A stretch of DNA of 64,000 bases from a virus (IMGVR_UViG_3300028591_000080:31745-95744); one strand, 5' to 3'; counted from the stretch's first letter, positions 1 to 11,476 are shown. Notes: generated from the sequence alone by a model not told the origin. Translations and numbers: made by a program.

Positions 1-888
1 CTTATTTAAAGGCCATTCAACATTTAAAACTCCATCCATAGCTGATTGAACATTTTCAGCTGGTGCTTCAGGATGAGCTTTATATAAATCAGATAAAATA
101 ACATCTAAGCTCTTATGAGTACTAGAATCGTCTAATAAGAAATCAGTAATTGCTTTATTTAAACATTCTTCATCTAATTTCTCAACATTTTCTGTTAATA
201 CTTGGCCATCTGGATTTGTATTAAAAGATTCTTGAGCTGGCTCTTCATCTAGATTTAGATCTAAATCCATATCATCTAAATTTAAATCTTCATCTCCACC
301 TTCTTCGCCAGTTTCTTCTGTTGTTTCTTCAGGAGTTTCTTCAACTGGTTGTTCTTCGGCTGGAGTTTCTTCAGCAGGAACATCAGTACCTTGATTTAAA
401 TCTTCCTCAGTTGCTGCATCAACTTTACCAATTAATGTATAACCTGAAGTATTTCCACAATGTTGACATTCCTCACCAACATTGCATAAAGTTGGATCTT
501 CTTCATCTTTTTCAATATCTGCTTCATCTTTGTAGAATAAATTCATACATTGAGGACATTGAACAATAATTTTACCTACATAAGAAGGTAATAATTCATC
601 TGGAGATTTAGCATCTAAATCAATGATTTTTTCAATTCTTGATAACTTAGCTTGAGCAACTTCTGCTTCTCTAGCGTCAGCTGCATCGTTTAAATCTTGT
701 GTATCTTCAAGGTCATATAAATCTTCAAATAAAGGTTCAAAGCATTTACCATAACCTTTACGTTCAACTAAATTTTCTTGGAAGCTTTTTACATTTCCTT
801 CAGGTGCTGCATAATCCATATCACTTAGTGCAGTAAATGCAGATGATAAATCAAATTGAGTAAGTATTTTATTTCTATTCTTTGACAT
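1..888 (-). CDS. Acidic putative head-associated protein with Zn ribbon (3' end runs off the window)
   Basis: Hand-translated from ATG at 888 after AGGAG (MSKNRNKILTQFDL...). Has CPQC...CQHC and an E/D-rich linker, with no stop before position 1. Missing from the ORF track because it is truncated. Confidence 0.8.
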   Translation of the reverse strand, partial: MSKNRNKILTQFDLSSAFTALSDMDYAAPEGNVKSFQENLVERKGYGKCFEPLFEDLYDLEDTQDLNDAADAREAEVAQAKLSRIEKIIDLDAKSPDELLPSYVGKIIVQCPQCMNLFYKDEADIEKDEEDPTLCNVGEECQHCGNTSGYTLIGKVDAATEEDLNQGTDVPAEETPAEEQPVEETPEETTEETGEEGGDEDLNLDDMDLDLNLDEEPAQESFNTNPDGQVLTENVEKLDEECLNKAITDFLLDDSSTHKSLDVILSDLYKAHPEAPAENVQSAMDGVLNVEWPLNK

Positions 889-908
889 TTATGTTCTCCT
901 ATTTTTAT

Positions 909-1631
909 CTAATTTAATGGTGGTATAACTGAGTCTTCTTCTTCAAGTTTTTCTCTTAAAGCTTTTAGTTCTTCTTGACCTTCAGTTAACATTTTTTCAG
1001 CATCATCACCCCATAGCTCATTTGAAGTAGTATATCTTGTTCTAATTCTACCAACTTCAACTTTTGTATGTGCTACAGCTAATTGAATTAATATATCTAT
1101 CCATCTATCTGTTTGAATATCTTCAACTTTTTCAATTCTTGGAATATATTCAAGTGTGATTGCTTTTGGATTCAAACTCGTAAATATATAAACTAAATTA
1201 TTTTGTTTATCTTCTTCGAAATCTAATTCAGTTGTTAAAGTATTTCGAATTTGGTTCATAGTACTCCAAGCACCATAATTATAAGTGTAATCTTGTACAT
1301 TGTACATAGTACCACCATTACTCCATATTAAAAATTGATAAGCATATAGTGGGTCGGTATTAACATTTATATCATCTGTATTAACACTGTTTCCATTTAC
1401 TTTATAAATTTTTATTATAGAACTTGGTTTAAATTTTTGTTCATTTAGATTAATACATCGTTGGAATGGAATCGTCACTTTAGCAGTTTCATCGAAATAT
1501 CTTCTTATTTCTCGAATCGATTCATTTACAATCTCATTAAGATCAACATCTTCTAGATCATGCTCTAGGTTGTCACCTGCCCAAACTTTACGTTTAATCT
1601 CTCTAATAACATCAGCTAAGGTTACATTCAT
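909..1631 (-). CDS. Putative neck/head-completion protein (T4 gp13-like)
   Basis: 240 aa, downstream of the major capsid gene, GGAGG RBS. C-terminal 'GRIRTRY...GQEELKALREKL' resembles gp13-type neck proteins. Confidence 0.55.
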   Translation of the reverse strand: MNVTLADVIREIKRKVWAGDNLEHDLEDVDLNEIVNESIREIRRYFDETAKVTIPFQRCINLNEQKFKPSSIIKIYKVNGNSVNTDDINVNTDPLYAYQFLIWSNGGTMYNVQDYTYNYGAWSTMNQIRNTLTTELDFEEDKQNNLVYIFTSLNPKAITLEYIPRIEKVEDIQTDRWIDILIQLAVAHTKVEVGRIRTRYTTSNELWGDDAEKMLTEGQEELKALREKLEEEDSVIPPLN

Positions 1632-1651
1632 ATTAAACCTCCAAAACTAAT

Positions 1652-1661
1652 TAATTTAGCA
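1652..1661 (-). promoter_or_regulatory. TGCTAAATTA motif (putative late promoter); second copy at 1717-1726
   Basis: Exact 10-mer recurring upstream of structural genes. Confidence 0.6.
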
Positions 1662-1737
1662 TAGTATTAAACTTTTTTAAATTTTTTTAATGTTATTATG
1701 TTTAACATTATACGTATAATTTAGCAGATAAAAATAA

Positions 1738-1764
1738 AAAAGCTAAAAATAAATTTTAGCTTTT
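1738..1764 (-). terminator. Intrinsic terminator
   Basis: AAAAGCTAAAA-ataaa-TTTTAGCTTTT hairpin at the stop of 1763..2551. Confidence 0.6.
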
Positions 1765-2551
1765 AATAATTCTTTCTTTCATTTATCATTGGTTTTATTC
1801 CTACATGATCCAATATCTCTTCTGCAAGTTTAATTAGCTCAGAATTCCATTTAATTGTGTGAACATCATGTAGTCTAGGATCACAAACCCAATCCAATTC
1901 TTCATATATAAATACTTTTTCTAATTCATCTAATTTTACTATGATCTTTTTATCTGTATTTATATAATTAGTCGTTTTTGTTGCATAATTATAATATTGT
2001 TTATCATTACCTACTAAATAGTATTTTAAAGTATCTCTATTAAATAAGATTAAAAATGTAGCATTATATGGAAAACCTGTTTTTGTATCTTTGAAACCAT
2101 ATAATTTCATAGCTGATTCTAATTCACCTACAAAACTCTTTACTTCTACTTTTATTTTTATTCCAGAGGATCCAGATGTTTCATAATATAGATCAGAAGC
2201 ATAATTTCCAGCTCCACCATTAATTATATTATGTGTATTATCTCCATATTTAAATCGTATTGGATATTTAAATAAATTAAAAGGATTTATTGGTTTATTA
2301 ATGCAACTCTGTTCTATTAAAGTCGTATTAGCAAATAATCCAATTCTTTGAGGTCCATTATATTTACCTACCATATCTGAATATATTGGTGCGGTTCGAT
2401 TTATCTTTTCGAATGTTAATGCATCAGCTAAAGAAAACTGATCCAAATTTTCTACTAATCTAAAATAATCTTCGGCAGTTATTTCATCTTTTATTTGTGG
2501 TAATAATCGCTCATAGATTGATTTTAATTCTTTATCTGTAAAAATACTCAT
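1763..2551 (-). CDS. Putative PD-(D/E)xK nuclease, free-standing
   Basis: Motif 'ASDLYY...IKVEVK'. Paralogous to the N-domain of 40036..41643. Confidence 0.5.
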   Translation of the reverse strand: MSIFTDKELKSIYERLLPQIKDEITAEDYFRLVENLDQFSLADALTFEKINRTAPIYSDMVGKYNGPQRIGLFANTTLIEQSCINKPINPFNLFKYPIRFKYGDNTHNIINGGAGNYASDLYYETSGSSGIKIKVEVKSFVGELESAMKLYGFKDTKTGFPYNATFLILFNRDTLKYYLVGNDKQYYNYATKTTNYINTDKKIIVKLDELEKVFIYEELDWVCDPRLHDVHTIKWNSELIKLAEEILDHVGIKPMINERKNY

Positions 2552-2590
2552 AAAACCTCCAAAACTGTTTTATATAATAATTATACAATA

Positions 2591-2616
2591 AAAAAGAACC
2601 TCTTTCGAGGCTCTTT
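2591..2616 (-). terminator. Intrinsic terminator of the major capsid gene
   Basis: Minus strand reads AAAGAGCCTC-gaaa-GAGGTTCTTT followed by a U-tract. Confidence 0.8.
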
Positions 2617-2636
2617 ATATTTTTATTTAGTTTAGA

Positions 2637-4064
2637 TTAGTCAACAATCTTACCAAATACTAATAGACTTGGGTTAACAAGTGCCTTAGCATAGTAAGTA
2701 GAGAAGCCTTGAGCTAAACCACCATCTGGTGTACCTAATAGGTTAGTAGGAACGATAGCCATGTAAGGAGCATATACACCTGCAGATGAAACCATATCAG
2801 AACCATTTAAACCGATGAAGTATTCACCATCATTTAATAATGGAGATACATAAACTGCAAGACCATTTAATTGACCAGCTTTATAAGGACCATAGATCTT
2901 GTTAGGAGTAGTATCCTTATAACCTTGAACGAACTCTAATACGTTAAGAACGTCTGGAGCACATACCATGTAGTTAGGTAAGAACTTCTTAGTTCTCTTG
3001 TAGATAATAGTTCTAGCCTTAGATAAAGTATTTAAGAATGAACTATAGTGTCTGAACATATCAACACCAAGAGGTAAAGTCTTAGAGAATGTAGTTAACT
3101 TTAATTCGTCAGCAGTAGTTTCAGCCTTAGCAGCTTGATATAACATATCAACGATTTCAGTATCGATTTCATAATTTAATTCACCAACTGCTTGTTCAGC
3201 AATTTGCTTATCTAATGAGAAACCATAATCAGTCTTAGCTTGGAAAGCAGTGATTTGATCATACTTAACAGCGATACGTCTAGGTTCAGCAACTAGAGGA
3301 ATGTTCTTCATAACAGGTCCAATTGTTGGAATGTCTTGAGCAGGAACATTAGTCATTTGGAATTCGTTTGAAGCATAAATAGCTTTAATAGCACCAGCTG
3401 GAACTGCATCAGTAACAGTCTTGTACTCGAAATGATTCTTCTTAGTTTGAGCATCTCTAACAACATACTTAATATCAGCGTAAGCTACATTGTTTCTAAC
3501 AGTGTATGCTACACCACCAGTGTACATATCAGAACCATCAGCAGCAACTCTATCTTGAGGAACAGCGAATGAACCCTTAACGATATCCTTAGCTTCAGTA
3601 GAAAGATCTAATGCAGCATAAGTATCAGTTGCAGCATCATAAGCAGCAGCATCTACGATGTAAGCAGAAGTGAAGTTTTGACGAGCAGCATTCATTTCAC
3701 CAAGACCGAATACACTATTGAATGTATCACCAGCTTTTACACCACCCTTATTAGTTCTTGATTGATACTCTAAGTAAGCAACAGAACCAGAGAATGAAGT
3801 TAAAGCGTGAGTAATAACTAAGTCATTAGCAATTAAGCTTGGAACTGAGATATTAGTTAAGTTTAAGCAGAATTTCTTGTAATCACCAAGATCTGTTCTA
3901 GTTGTAGCGAAAGATTCTCTCATTGAGATGAATTTATTTGTGTTTTCAATTAACACAGCAGTGTTAAGTCTTGTTCTATCAGAAATCTTCTTACCGAAGT
4001 TTTCAGCAACGAAAGACTCAGCAACTTTAATTTGACGGCCATATTTTTCCATTAAATTTGCCAT
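2637..4064 (-). CDS. Major capsid protein (T4 gp23-like)
   Basis: 475 aa with gp23-type motifs 'LNYEIDTEIV', 'AGVYAPY' and 'GFSTYYA'. Strong codon bias, directly downstream of the protease/scaffold gene. Confidence 0.9.
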   Translation of the reverse strand: MANLMEKYGRQIKVAESFVAENFGKKISDRTRLNTAVLIENTNKFISMRESFATTRTDLGDYKKFCLNLTNISVPSLIANDLVITHALTSFSGSVAYLEYQSRTNKGGVKAGDTFNSVFGLGEMNAARQNFTSAYIVDAAAYDAATDTYAALDLSTEAKDIVKGSFAVPQDRVAADGSDMYTGGVAYTVRNNVAYADIKYVVRDAQTKKNHFEYKTVTDAVPAGAIKAIYASNEFQMTNVPAQDIPTIGPVMKNIPLVAEPRRIAVKYDQITAFQAKTDYGFSLDKQIAEQAVGELNYEIDTEIVDMLYQAAKAETTADELKLTTFSKTLPLGVDMFRHYSSFLNTLSKARTIIYKRTKKFLPNYMVCAPDVLNVLEFVQGYKDTTPNKIYGPYKAGQLNGLAVYVSPLLNDGEYFIGLNGSDMVSSAGVYAPYMAIVPTNLLGTPDGGLAQGFSTYYAKALVNPSLLVFGKIVD

Positions 4065-4100
4065 AATGTTTTTCTCCTATAATATTTTCTAATTTAAATT

Positions 4101-6080
4101 TTAATATTCCATATTTGCAAGTTCTAGAGCCCAATCAGCGATCTCATATCCAGCATCCTCTTTAGGAGCTTGTTGTCTTTGTAGGCCTTCACTGAATTTA
4201 ACTTTAGTATTTGCATTTGTTAAAGGTAAATGACTCATATTTGACATTGTCATACCTTCATTTAAGATTTGATCACATACTTGATCTACATCATCTGTAG
4301 TATAGTTTTTGTCTAGTCTACTTGTGATCTCTGAAGCTCTAACATTTAACATATTAGCTTTTGATTCAACATATTTTTGCATTACACCTAAATACATTGA
4401 TTTGTACTTCTTAGCTACATCAGTTCTTTCAGCATATTTTTGCTTATAGTTTGTAGCTTGTTCAACTAATTGTTGTTTTAACTTAGTAACTTCTAATTTA
4501 GTAGAATCTAAACTTTCAGTTAATTTGTTATTAGATAATTTTTCACTTAAAGCTTTAATTTGGTTATCTTTTTCAGCTAACTGATTGTTTAAGTTTTGAA
4601 TTTCTAATTTTGATTTCTTATATTGAGACGCAACCTGACTTGTTCTATTGAAAGCTTCTTTGTATTGGTTAAGTTCCTTATCTAATTCATTAACCTTAGC
4701 ATCACTAACTGTCTTTTCGTTTTCTAAAGTCTTAACTTTTTGTTCTAAAGCTTTATTTTCACGAACAGTTTTCTTGAAGTCCTCTATAAATGAATCATCT
4801 ACTAATTCCTCTGCTCCAGTATCACTAGCTGCACCGTTTTCGTTTCCGAATACATCAATAGTTTCTTCAGTTTCAGGATTATCTATGTTTTCATCGTTCT
4901 CTTCAGGAGCGATGGTACCACCTATAACAAGGTTATCTTCATCAGTCTTATCAAAATAAAGGTTAATATTCATTTCTTTATTATCAATTTCAACTGGTAG
5001 TACTTTTACTACTGCATCTTTATCAAGACCTTTGAATGCATCTGTAATTTCTTTTACAGTAAATTCATTCTTAGGTTCAAATTCTTCAGATTCGTCATCA
5101 GACTTGTCATCTTTCTTCTTTTCTGACTTGTCCTCTTTTTTATCTTTTTTATCTTCTTTTTTATCTTTATCTGAATCTTTTTCTTCTTCTTTATCTTTAT
5201 CTTTATCTTCTGGTTGATCTTCGTCCTTTTTAGCTTCGTCTAAATCATCTAAGCCTTCGTTTAACCAGCTATCGAAATCATCAATATTTACATATTCAAT
5301 TTCAATTCCATCTGGTGTTGTTTTTGGAGCATTATTTAAATCAAACATTTTATCTGAGATAGCTTCAGTTACAACATTTTCTGGACTAAGATTTTCATCA
5401 TCTAAGTTTATCTTTAAATTATCTAAAGCATTTTCCATAATTTTTCGATCTCCATCTGAAGCTGTACTTAAAGCTTCTTTTAATTCTCTCTTCATTTTCT
5501 TCATAGCGGTTTTTTGTTTTGCATCATAAGATTCAACGAATGTTAAACGTGCATCTTTAACTGCTGGAAGTAATACTAAATCAAAAGTTTGAAAATCATA
5601 AGAAGTTGGATCAACAGACTCATGTCCGTCATAATCAGAAATTAATTCACCAGAACCTCTTGAACTAATACCTCATTTAAAACCATACTTAGCTAAAGTA
5701 TAAACAATTTTACCACTTGGGGTATCTAGGATATCAACATAAGTAATTAAATGTCCATCTTTATCTTTTTTAGGTCTTTCTGGAAGAATAGCTGCAATGT
5801 TAATTGAAGTAGTTTCTTCTCTATCTCCTAATGGGTGGTCTAGTTCCATTGGAATACCACCATTATCAAACATTTCTTTTACTATTTCATTTTTTTCAAA
5901 TACATTAGTCCATAACTCATCACCATAGAAACGATCATTTCTTGTTGGTGCAATGAATGAAGCACAAGGACCATAAAGTCTACCAAGAATTCCTCTTGAT
6001 TGTTTTTCTTCAGGAGTTAATTCTTGAAAATGTAATGCTTCACGGATTTTATCTGTTGATAAATTCGTAGTGTTATTCAT
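4101..6080 (-). CDS. Prohead protease (T4 gp21-like) fused to coiled-coil scaffold; 1 in-frame TGA at 5673
   Basis: ELDHP motif. After the TGA it reads GISSRGSG...FDLVLLPA in frame into ORF 4101..5504. GGAGG RBS before ATG 6080; 659 aa. Confidence 0.88.
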
Positions 6081-6123
6081 GAACTTACCTCCATTACATA
6101 TCATTAATCAATTTGATTACAAA

Positions 6124-6133
6124 TAATTTAGCA
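6124..6133 (-). promoter_or_regulatory. TGCTAAATTA motif (putative late promoter)
   Basis: Exact copy 44 nt upstream of the protease start. Confidence 0.6.
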
Positions 6134-6160
6134 AATAATTCTTAGTTACTATTTTAAAAA

Positions 6161-6646
6161 TTAATTACCTGCAGGTTCTGTAACTGGTGCTGCTGGTGCA
6201 TCAAATTCTGCAGAGAATTCTTTTCCACCATAAGTAAATTTAGCAAGATACTTATTTGTTTCTTGAATAAGTGTACACTCTACATCTTCAACAGTAGCTT
6301 GTTCGTGGCACTTAGTGCATATAAGTGTAAAATCTGCAGTATGATTTGTAGCATCAAATGAAGACGTTGAAATTGACCAATCATGAGCACAAGTTGAAAC
6401 AAATAACTTTCTAACTTCTGTTAACTCTGGATCAACTTTACGATCAATAGCTCTATTTGCACCTAGTACATATCTGATTGCATCACCATCTTGATAAAAG
6501 TTAGCAGTCTTTAATGTTTGAGCTTTTGTTTTATCAATGATAGTTTCATCAGCAGCTGGATTTAAAACATCTTTAGTAGCATGTAAAGTTCTTACACCGT
6601 CTTCATTAACAGTATATACTTTTTTATAACCATTCTCTAATTTCAT
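6161..6646 (-). CDS. Hypothetical virion-region protein with C/H metal-binding motif
   Basis: 161 aa, AGGAG RBS, CAHDW...CTKCH. Has its own TGCTAAATTA at 6707-6716. Confidence 0.7.
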   Translation of the reverse strand: MKLENGYKKVYTVNEDGVRTLHATKDVLNPAADETIIDKTKAQTLKTANFYQDGDAIRYVLGANRAIDRKVDPELTEVRKLFVSTCAHDWSISTSSFDATNHTADFTLICTKCHEQATVEDVECTLIQETNKYLAKFTYGGKEFSAEFDAPAAPVTEPAGN

Positions 6647-6706
6647 TTAATATCTCCTTAATTGTTAATTTGAGAAGTTGAAAAAGATTTAAAAATCTAA
6701 ATCATT

Positions 6707-6716
6707 TAATTTAGCA
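6707..6716 (-). promoter_or_regulatory. TGCTAAATTA motif (putative late promoter)
   Basis: Exact copy just after the upstream terminator. Confidence 0.6.
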
Positions 6717-6736
6717 GATTTTATAAAATAAAAATA

Positions 6737-6762
6737 AAAAAAGGTGAATTAATTCACCTTTT
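6737..6762 (-). terminator. Intrinsic terminator
   Basis: AAAAGGTGAATT/AATTCACCTTTT palindrome with a U-tract on the minus strand. Confidence 0.7.
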
Positions 6763-6787
6763 AAATGTTTAACTATTTTAAATATTT

Positions 6788-7258
6788 TTAAGATAATTCT
6801 CTTCTACCACTTATATATTCTAAAACTAATAAGTCTGATCGAACTAATCTTAATAATTTTTTACATAAATCTAAATTGCCAGTTTGTCTAAAATTTTCCA
6901 AAGCTTGTAATATTTCATTTAAACGAACTTCATTAAAGAAAATATCTGAAACGTTTTCATTCTTATTTTTATATAAGAAAATTTGAGTCAATAAGCTAGA
7001 TAAAACTATTAATACTTCAGAATCATCTAATTCTTCATTTACAAGATTTACATATAATTGAGATTTTGATTTATTATGTTTTTGTCTAAGAACCTCATAG
7101 AAGTTTGCAGCATTCATGCCTTGGTTTTCTACAATAAATTTTAATACTTCTAATGGTACATCTTTAGATAACATTAATCTTCTAATATATGAATTTACTT
7201 CTTTACCTTTATCTTCTAGCTCTAATAATAAATTCATGCAATCATTTTTAGATAACAT
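6788..7258 (-). CDS. Hypothetical protein
   Basis: 156 aa ORF with AAGGA RBS, downstream of portal. Confidence 0.75.
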   Translation of the reverse strand: MLSKNDCMNLLLELEDKGKEVNSYIRRLMLSKDVPLEVLKFIVENQGMNAANFYEVLRQKHNKSKSQLYVNLVNEELDDSEVLIVLSSLLTQIFLYKNKNENVSDIFFNEVRLNEILQALENFRQTGNLDLCKKLLRLVRSDLLVLEYISGRRELS

Positions 7259-7281
7259 ATTTTATTCCTTTCAAATATTAA

Positions 7282-9345
7282 TTATTTATTTTTAGTAAAA
7301 TCTACTTTATCATCTAATTCTTCTGGAGTTGGAAGATCTTCTGATTCATCTAGAAAATCAACATCCTCGTTTAATGTTACTGCATCTGGGTTAGTATTAT
7401 TGAAAGATTCAGCTGTTGGTAAATCAGTAAGATTTAAGTCTAGATTTAAATCGTCACCTTCACTAGCTGTTTCACCTTCAGAAGCTGGTGCTTCGTTAGT
7501 TCCACCAGCCTCACCTGTACCACCAGGAACATTTGCTGGCTCGGCATTAGCAGCTTCACCATTAGCAGCATCTAGAGCAGCTTGTTTAGCTTCCTCTTCT
7601 TTTTGTTTCTTAGCTTCAGCTTCAGCAGCTTTTGCTAATTTAATTTCTTCGTCTAGTACTTGAAGAATTTCATCTTCACCATAATCAACCATCTTATATA
7701 AATTCTTTAAGATAATTAATCTACTACTCTTTGTTTCAACATCTTGGAATAAAGCATTAGCAGTTGATACAGCATTTAAACGATTTGTTAATTTTTCTCT
7801 ATAATTAAGTTCTTCTTGAGAAACTGGAGGTCTCATCTTAATAGTATATCTATGTACATAAGATTTTAAACCTTTTTTAATACAATATAAATCTACTGCT
7901 GTATTAATACCTTGAATTAAAGCATTTTGAACTTGAGAAACTTTCTTTTGGAAAATTGTTGAAGTAATAGTTAATGCAGTACCACCATTGAATCCAGCAC
8001 CATCTTCAGTTAATCCAAAATATTGTTTAGGAATACCAAATGCACCGTAGAATCTATCATTCCATTTATCTAAGTCAGTTAAATTCTTTGGATCATAATC
8101 TCCACCTACAGTATCAACTGTGATAGCACCTTTACCATTCTTAGTATTATTATAAATCCAGTTTTCGATTGGACCTGGGCTATTATAATCTGAAGCATTT
8201 TTACCACTTAAGAAAGCACGTTTTTGTTCAAACATATCTTTTACTTGGTGTAATAATTGATTAGCTTTAGTTCTATCCATATTAGCTGTTTCAATAGAAA
8301 CAATTCTAAATACTGATGAACGAGTTAATCTTGCAAGTAATAATGCTGATTCAATAAGAGTTTTTTCTCTCCAAATCTTATAAACATCATAGAATAATGA
8401 TTTTCCTCTAATAACATCAAAAGCATAAGTTGTTGATTTTAAATTTGAACGATTCTTAGCATTCTTATCTTTAATGTCAGGTTCCATTATTAAATCAATA
8501 GTTTCTGGGAATCTTGATTGACCATCAGATAGATAAATATGAATATAATCTTCAGCGTCATGAAGTATAATATCATTTGATTTAACTTTATAATTAAATG
8601 ATCCACCACCATTTAATGCATTAGAATTTAAACCAGTATTAGCAGCATATGCATCTTGATTAGCTAATTGAGTAATATCATTTGGAGTTTCGACATATCC
8701 AAAAGTAATATCATTTTGATTTAATTCAAACATAGTAGCAGGATCTGGAACTAATTTTAATCTCCAACAGAATTCATCATTAGCATTCTTTAAATCTAAT
8801 TGAATAGTCTCATTTAAATGAGATTTAGCACTATACATATTTTGAATACTTTGTGAATTAAAAATTGTATTTGAAAAGTCAGAATTTCTTAAATTTTTTA
8901 AATAAATATCACCATATTTAACAAGATTAAATGCCCATCCAAAAATATTTTTATCTACATTCATAGTATTTAATACATAATTTACGAATTTACTAATTTT
9001 TGGATCATCAGATTCAGCTCAAACAATATGACCATTATCTCCAACTTCACAAACATTTTCTGTTAAAATTCTTGCAATAGCTGAAACTGATGCATCTTGG
9101 AACATTGTGTCTAATTGACTATACATATAATCTCTTGAATTTGAAATTTGTGTAAACTTTTCAAGTTCTGAGAAATTTACTCTATCTTCTAATCCACCTA
9201 AAATTAAAATGTCTTCTAACGTTTTATTTAAATCTACATCTAATCGAGTATTATCGTTATTATTAGGAGTCGCTTGAATTAGTGTTCCTACTAATTGAGA
9301 TGCTTGTTTTTTAATTTTTTTAATTTTGTTATCATTTTCTGGCAT
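7282..9345 (-). CDS. Portal protein (T4 gp20-like); 1 in-frame TGA at 9019
   Basis: ORFs 9019..9345 and 7282..8964 join in frame via GHIV-TGA-AESDDPK. Motifs 'KYGDIYL', 'LIESALLLARLTRSS' and 'YGAFGIPK'. 687 aa with an acidic tail. Confidence 0.88.
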
Positions 9346-9361
9346 TTTATTCTCCTAATTA

Positions 9362-11476
9362 TTATATACAAATTATTCCATTAGAAATTGCTATTGAATT
9401 TATAGCATCATCATCTATTGCAGTATCATCTAGGTCTCCATAATATTTTGGATTACCATATTCATCAACTTCAATATATTTTTCTTTAGACATTACATTT
9501 AATAGATTTTTTCCAAAATCATGTTTTTCAATCTCATTTTGACTTGTATTACTTGGTTTTGAAATTTGAACAGTTGTTTCAATTGAATCACCAAAATCAA
9601 ATGAACATTTTTCACCATTTTTACTAGCTGTTCATACTGCACCACAGACTGCATCGGCTTGGTCCTTAGAACCATATTTACCATTTTCAGGGTGGTTGAT
9701 GTGTCCATCAGCTTCACGTTCCAATCCTAATAACTCTTCAGTTAATAGTTTAGCTTTGTCATACATTATGAAACGGCGTTCATAAATTGCTGTTTTAAAA
9801 TAGTGATAAGGTAAACAAACTTTCTTTTTATTTTCTAGCGATGTTGTTCTATCTACTGATAATACTTCTGTTTCAAATCCATCAGCTTTTAATTCTTGTA
9901 AAAGAGTAGCAGATTGGTGAGTATCTGATGTAATCATTTTAATATCAAATCCATTATCTTTTAACCAATTTATAAATATTCTATGCTTTATTGAACTAAT
10001 ATGTGCGCCTCTAGGATTTTTAATTGAAACTGAGAAAGCTAATTTATAAATTAACATCTGAGATTCTACACTAGATTCTTGTAAAATTAATTTTGATAAT
10101 TGACTAAAATCATTTTCGATCATTTTAGATTTATCGAATGATTCATCTCTACCAGTTATTCATACGCCTGCAATACCAGTCATGTCTCCAGACTCAGATA
10201 AGTCTAAGTGAATAAATAATGGTTTTTCTTTGTCTTTATCACTAACTCTACTTAAATCAAAGTATTCTGAATATTGATGTAAATCATCTTCTCCATCTCC
10301 AATTTCAAGTATATCATTCAAGAATGGATTTTCATAATCAGTAGTTTTTGTTTTAACTAATCTTTCACCTGAAATATATTTTAAAGATGCTGCTGTTGCA
10401 ATACCAATGATAGAACAAATTGCTTCATCAAGGTTTAATTGGAATGTATCTAAGTATCCAATTGGAACTTGTCACATTGTATAATTTTTATTTCTATATT
10501 CATCAACTAATTCTGGAGTTGCATCTAATGGTAATAATTCATTAGCAAGAACTTTATCTCCAATAGCTACCCAGAATTTTTGAGGTGAATCTTTTCTCGG
10601 GTCAACTACCCATTGAGGTTCATCTACAATTAAAGTATTTTTACTTTCATTCTTTTGTTTATTTTGAATAAATTCTTCTAGGAAAGATTGTTCACTATCT
10701 TTTGAAGATGCGATAATATTTAATGTAGGTAAGTAGGTACCACGCATGAAACGTGATTTCATACGAGCATCTACTTGAGTAATAATTTTCATCATTCTCT
10801 TCTTAGACTTAACTGGGTCTTGAACAAGAGAGAAGTTAACTTCATCTGTAAAGTTAGCAAACAAAGCACGACCTATGATCTGATTATTACTTGAAGCACA
10901 AATAATTTCAATATGTTTATCAGTAACATATCTCATATTAGTTGTACCATGCATTTCACCATGACTCATAAACCATTCACTAGCTAAAAGCATTGAATTC
11001 ATTTTATCTAATGCGACACCTCTAGCATTTTCTAATGTAATATTCATCATTGAAATACTTAATTTATCAATACTTTGCATTCCATAATATTGATATGGAT
11101 CTCTTAAACAAAGTAATCTATATAATAAATATAATAAACAAATAACTGCTATAGTTGATTTACCTAAACCGATAGCTCCTGTAAATACTATAGTATTATA
11201 TTTTGTTGAAGTATTAGTTGGAAATATATCTTCTAAACATTTTTCTCAGTATGGGAATACTGTAAACTTACCTTCAGCATCATATAATGCATTTCCTAAA
11301 TATCGTTTGTCATGTAAGAATGTATGAATATCTACTGGAAATTCGTCCCATTCCATAGATTGTAATGAATCTAAAAGTTCAGATTTTCCAGTTTTAGAAT
11401 ATTCTTTTAAGATTTGTAAAACGACTTTTTGTTCTTCAGTTGAGAGTTTATTAAATTTTTCTTGATCAAAATTCAT
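9362..11476 (-). CDS. Terminase large subunit; 4 in-frame TGA (11246, 10472, 10160, 9632)
   Basis: Reading through gives Walker A 'TGAIGLGKS', Walker B 'NFTDE', nuclease 'IHLDLS..GD' and 'SKDQADAV'. 704 aa, ends at TAA 9362. Confidence 0.9.

Noticed and set aside
9362-11476. Fragmented terminase, portal, protease, RecA and SbcD as pseudogenes or sequencing errors
   Set aside because: Every interruption is an in-frame TGA, never TAA/TAG or a frameshift, and all motifs are intact on read-through.
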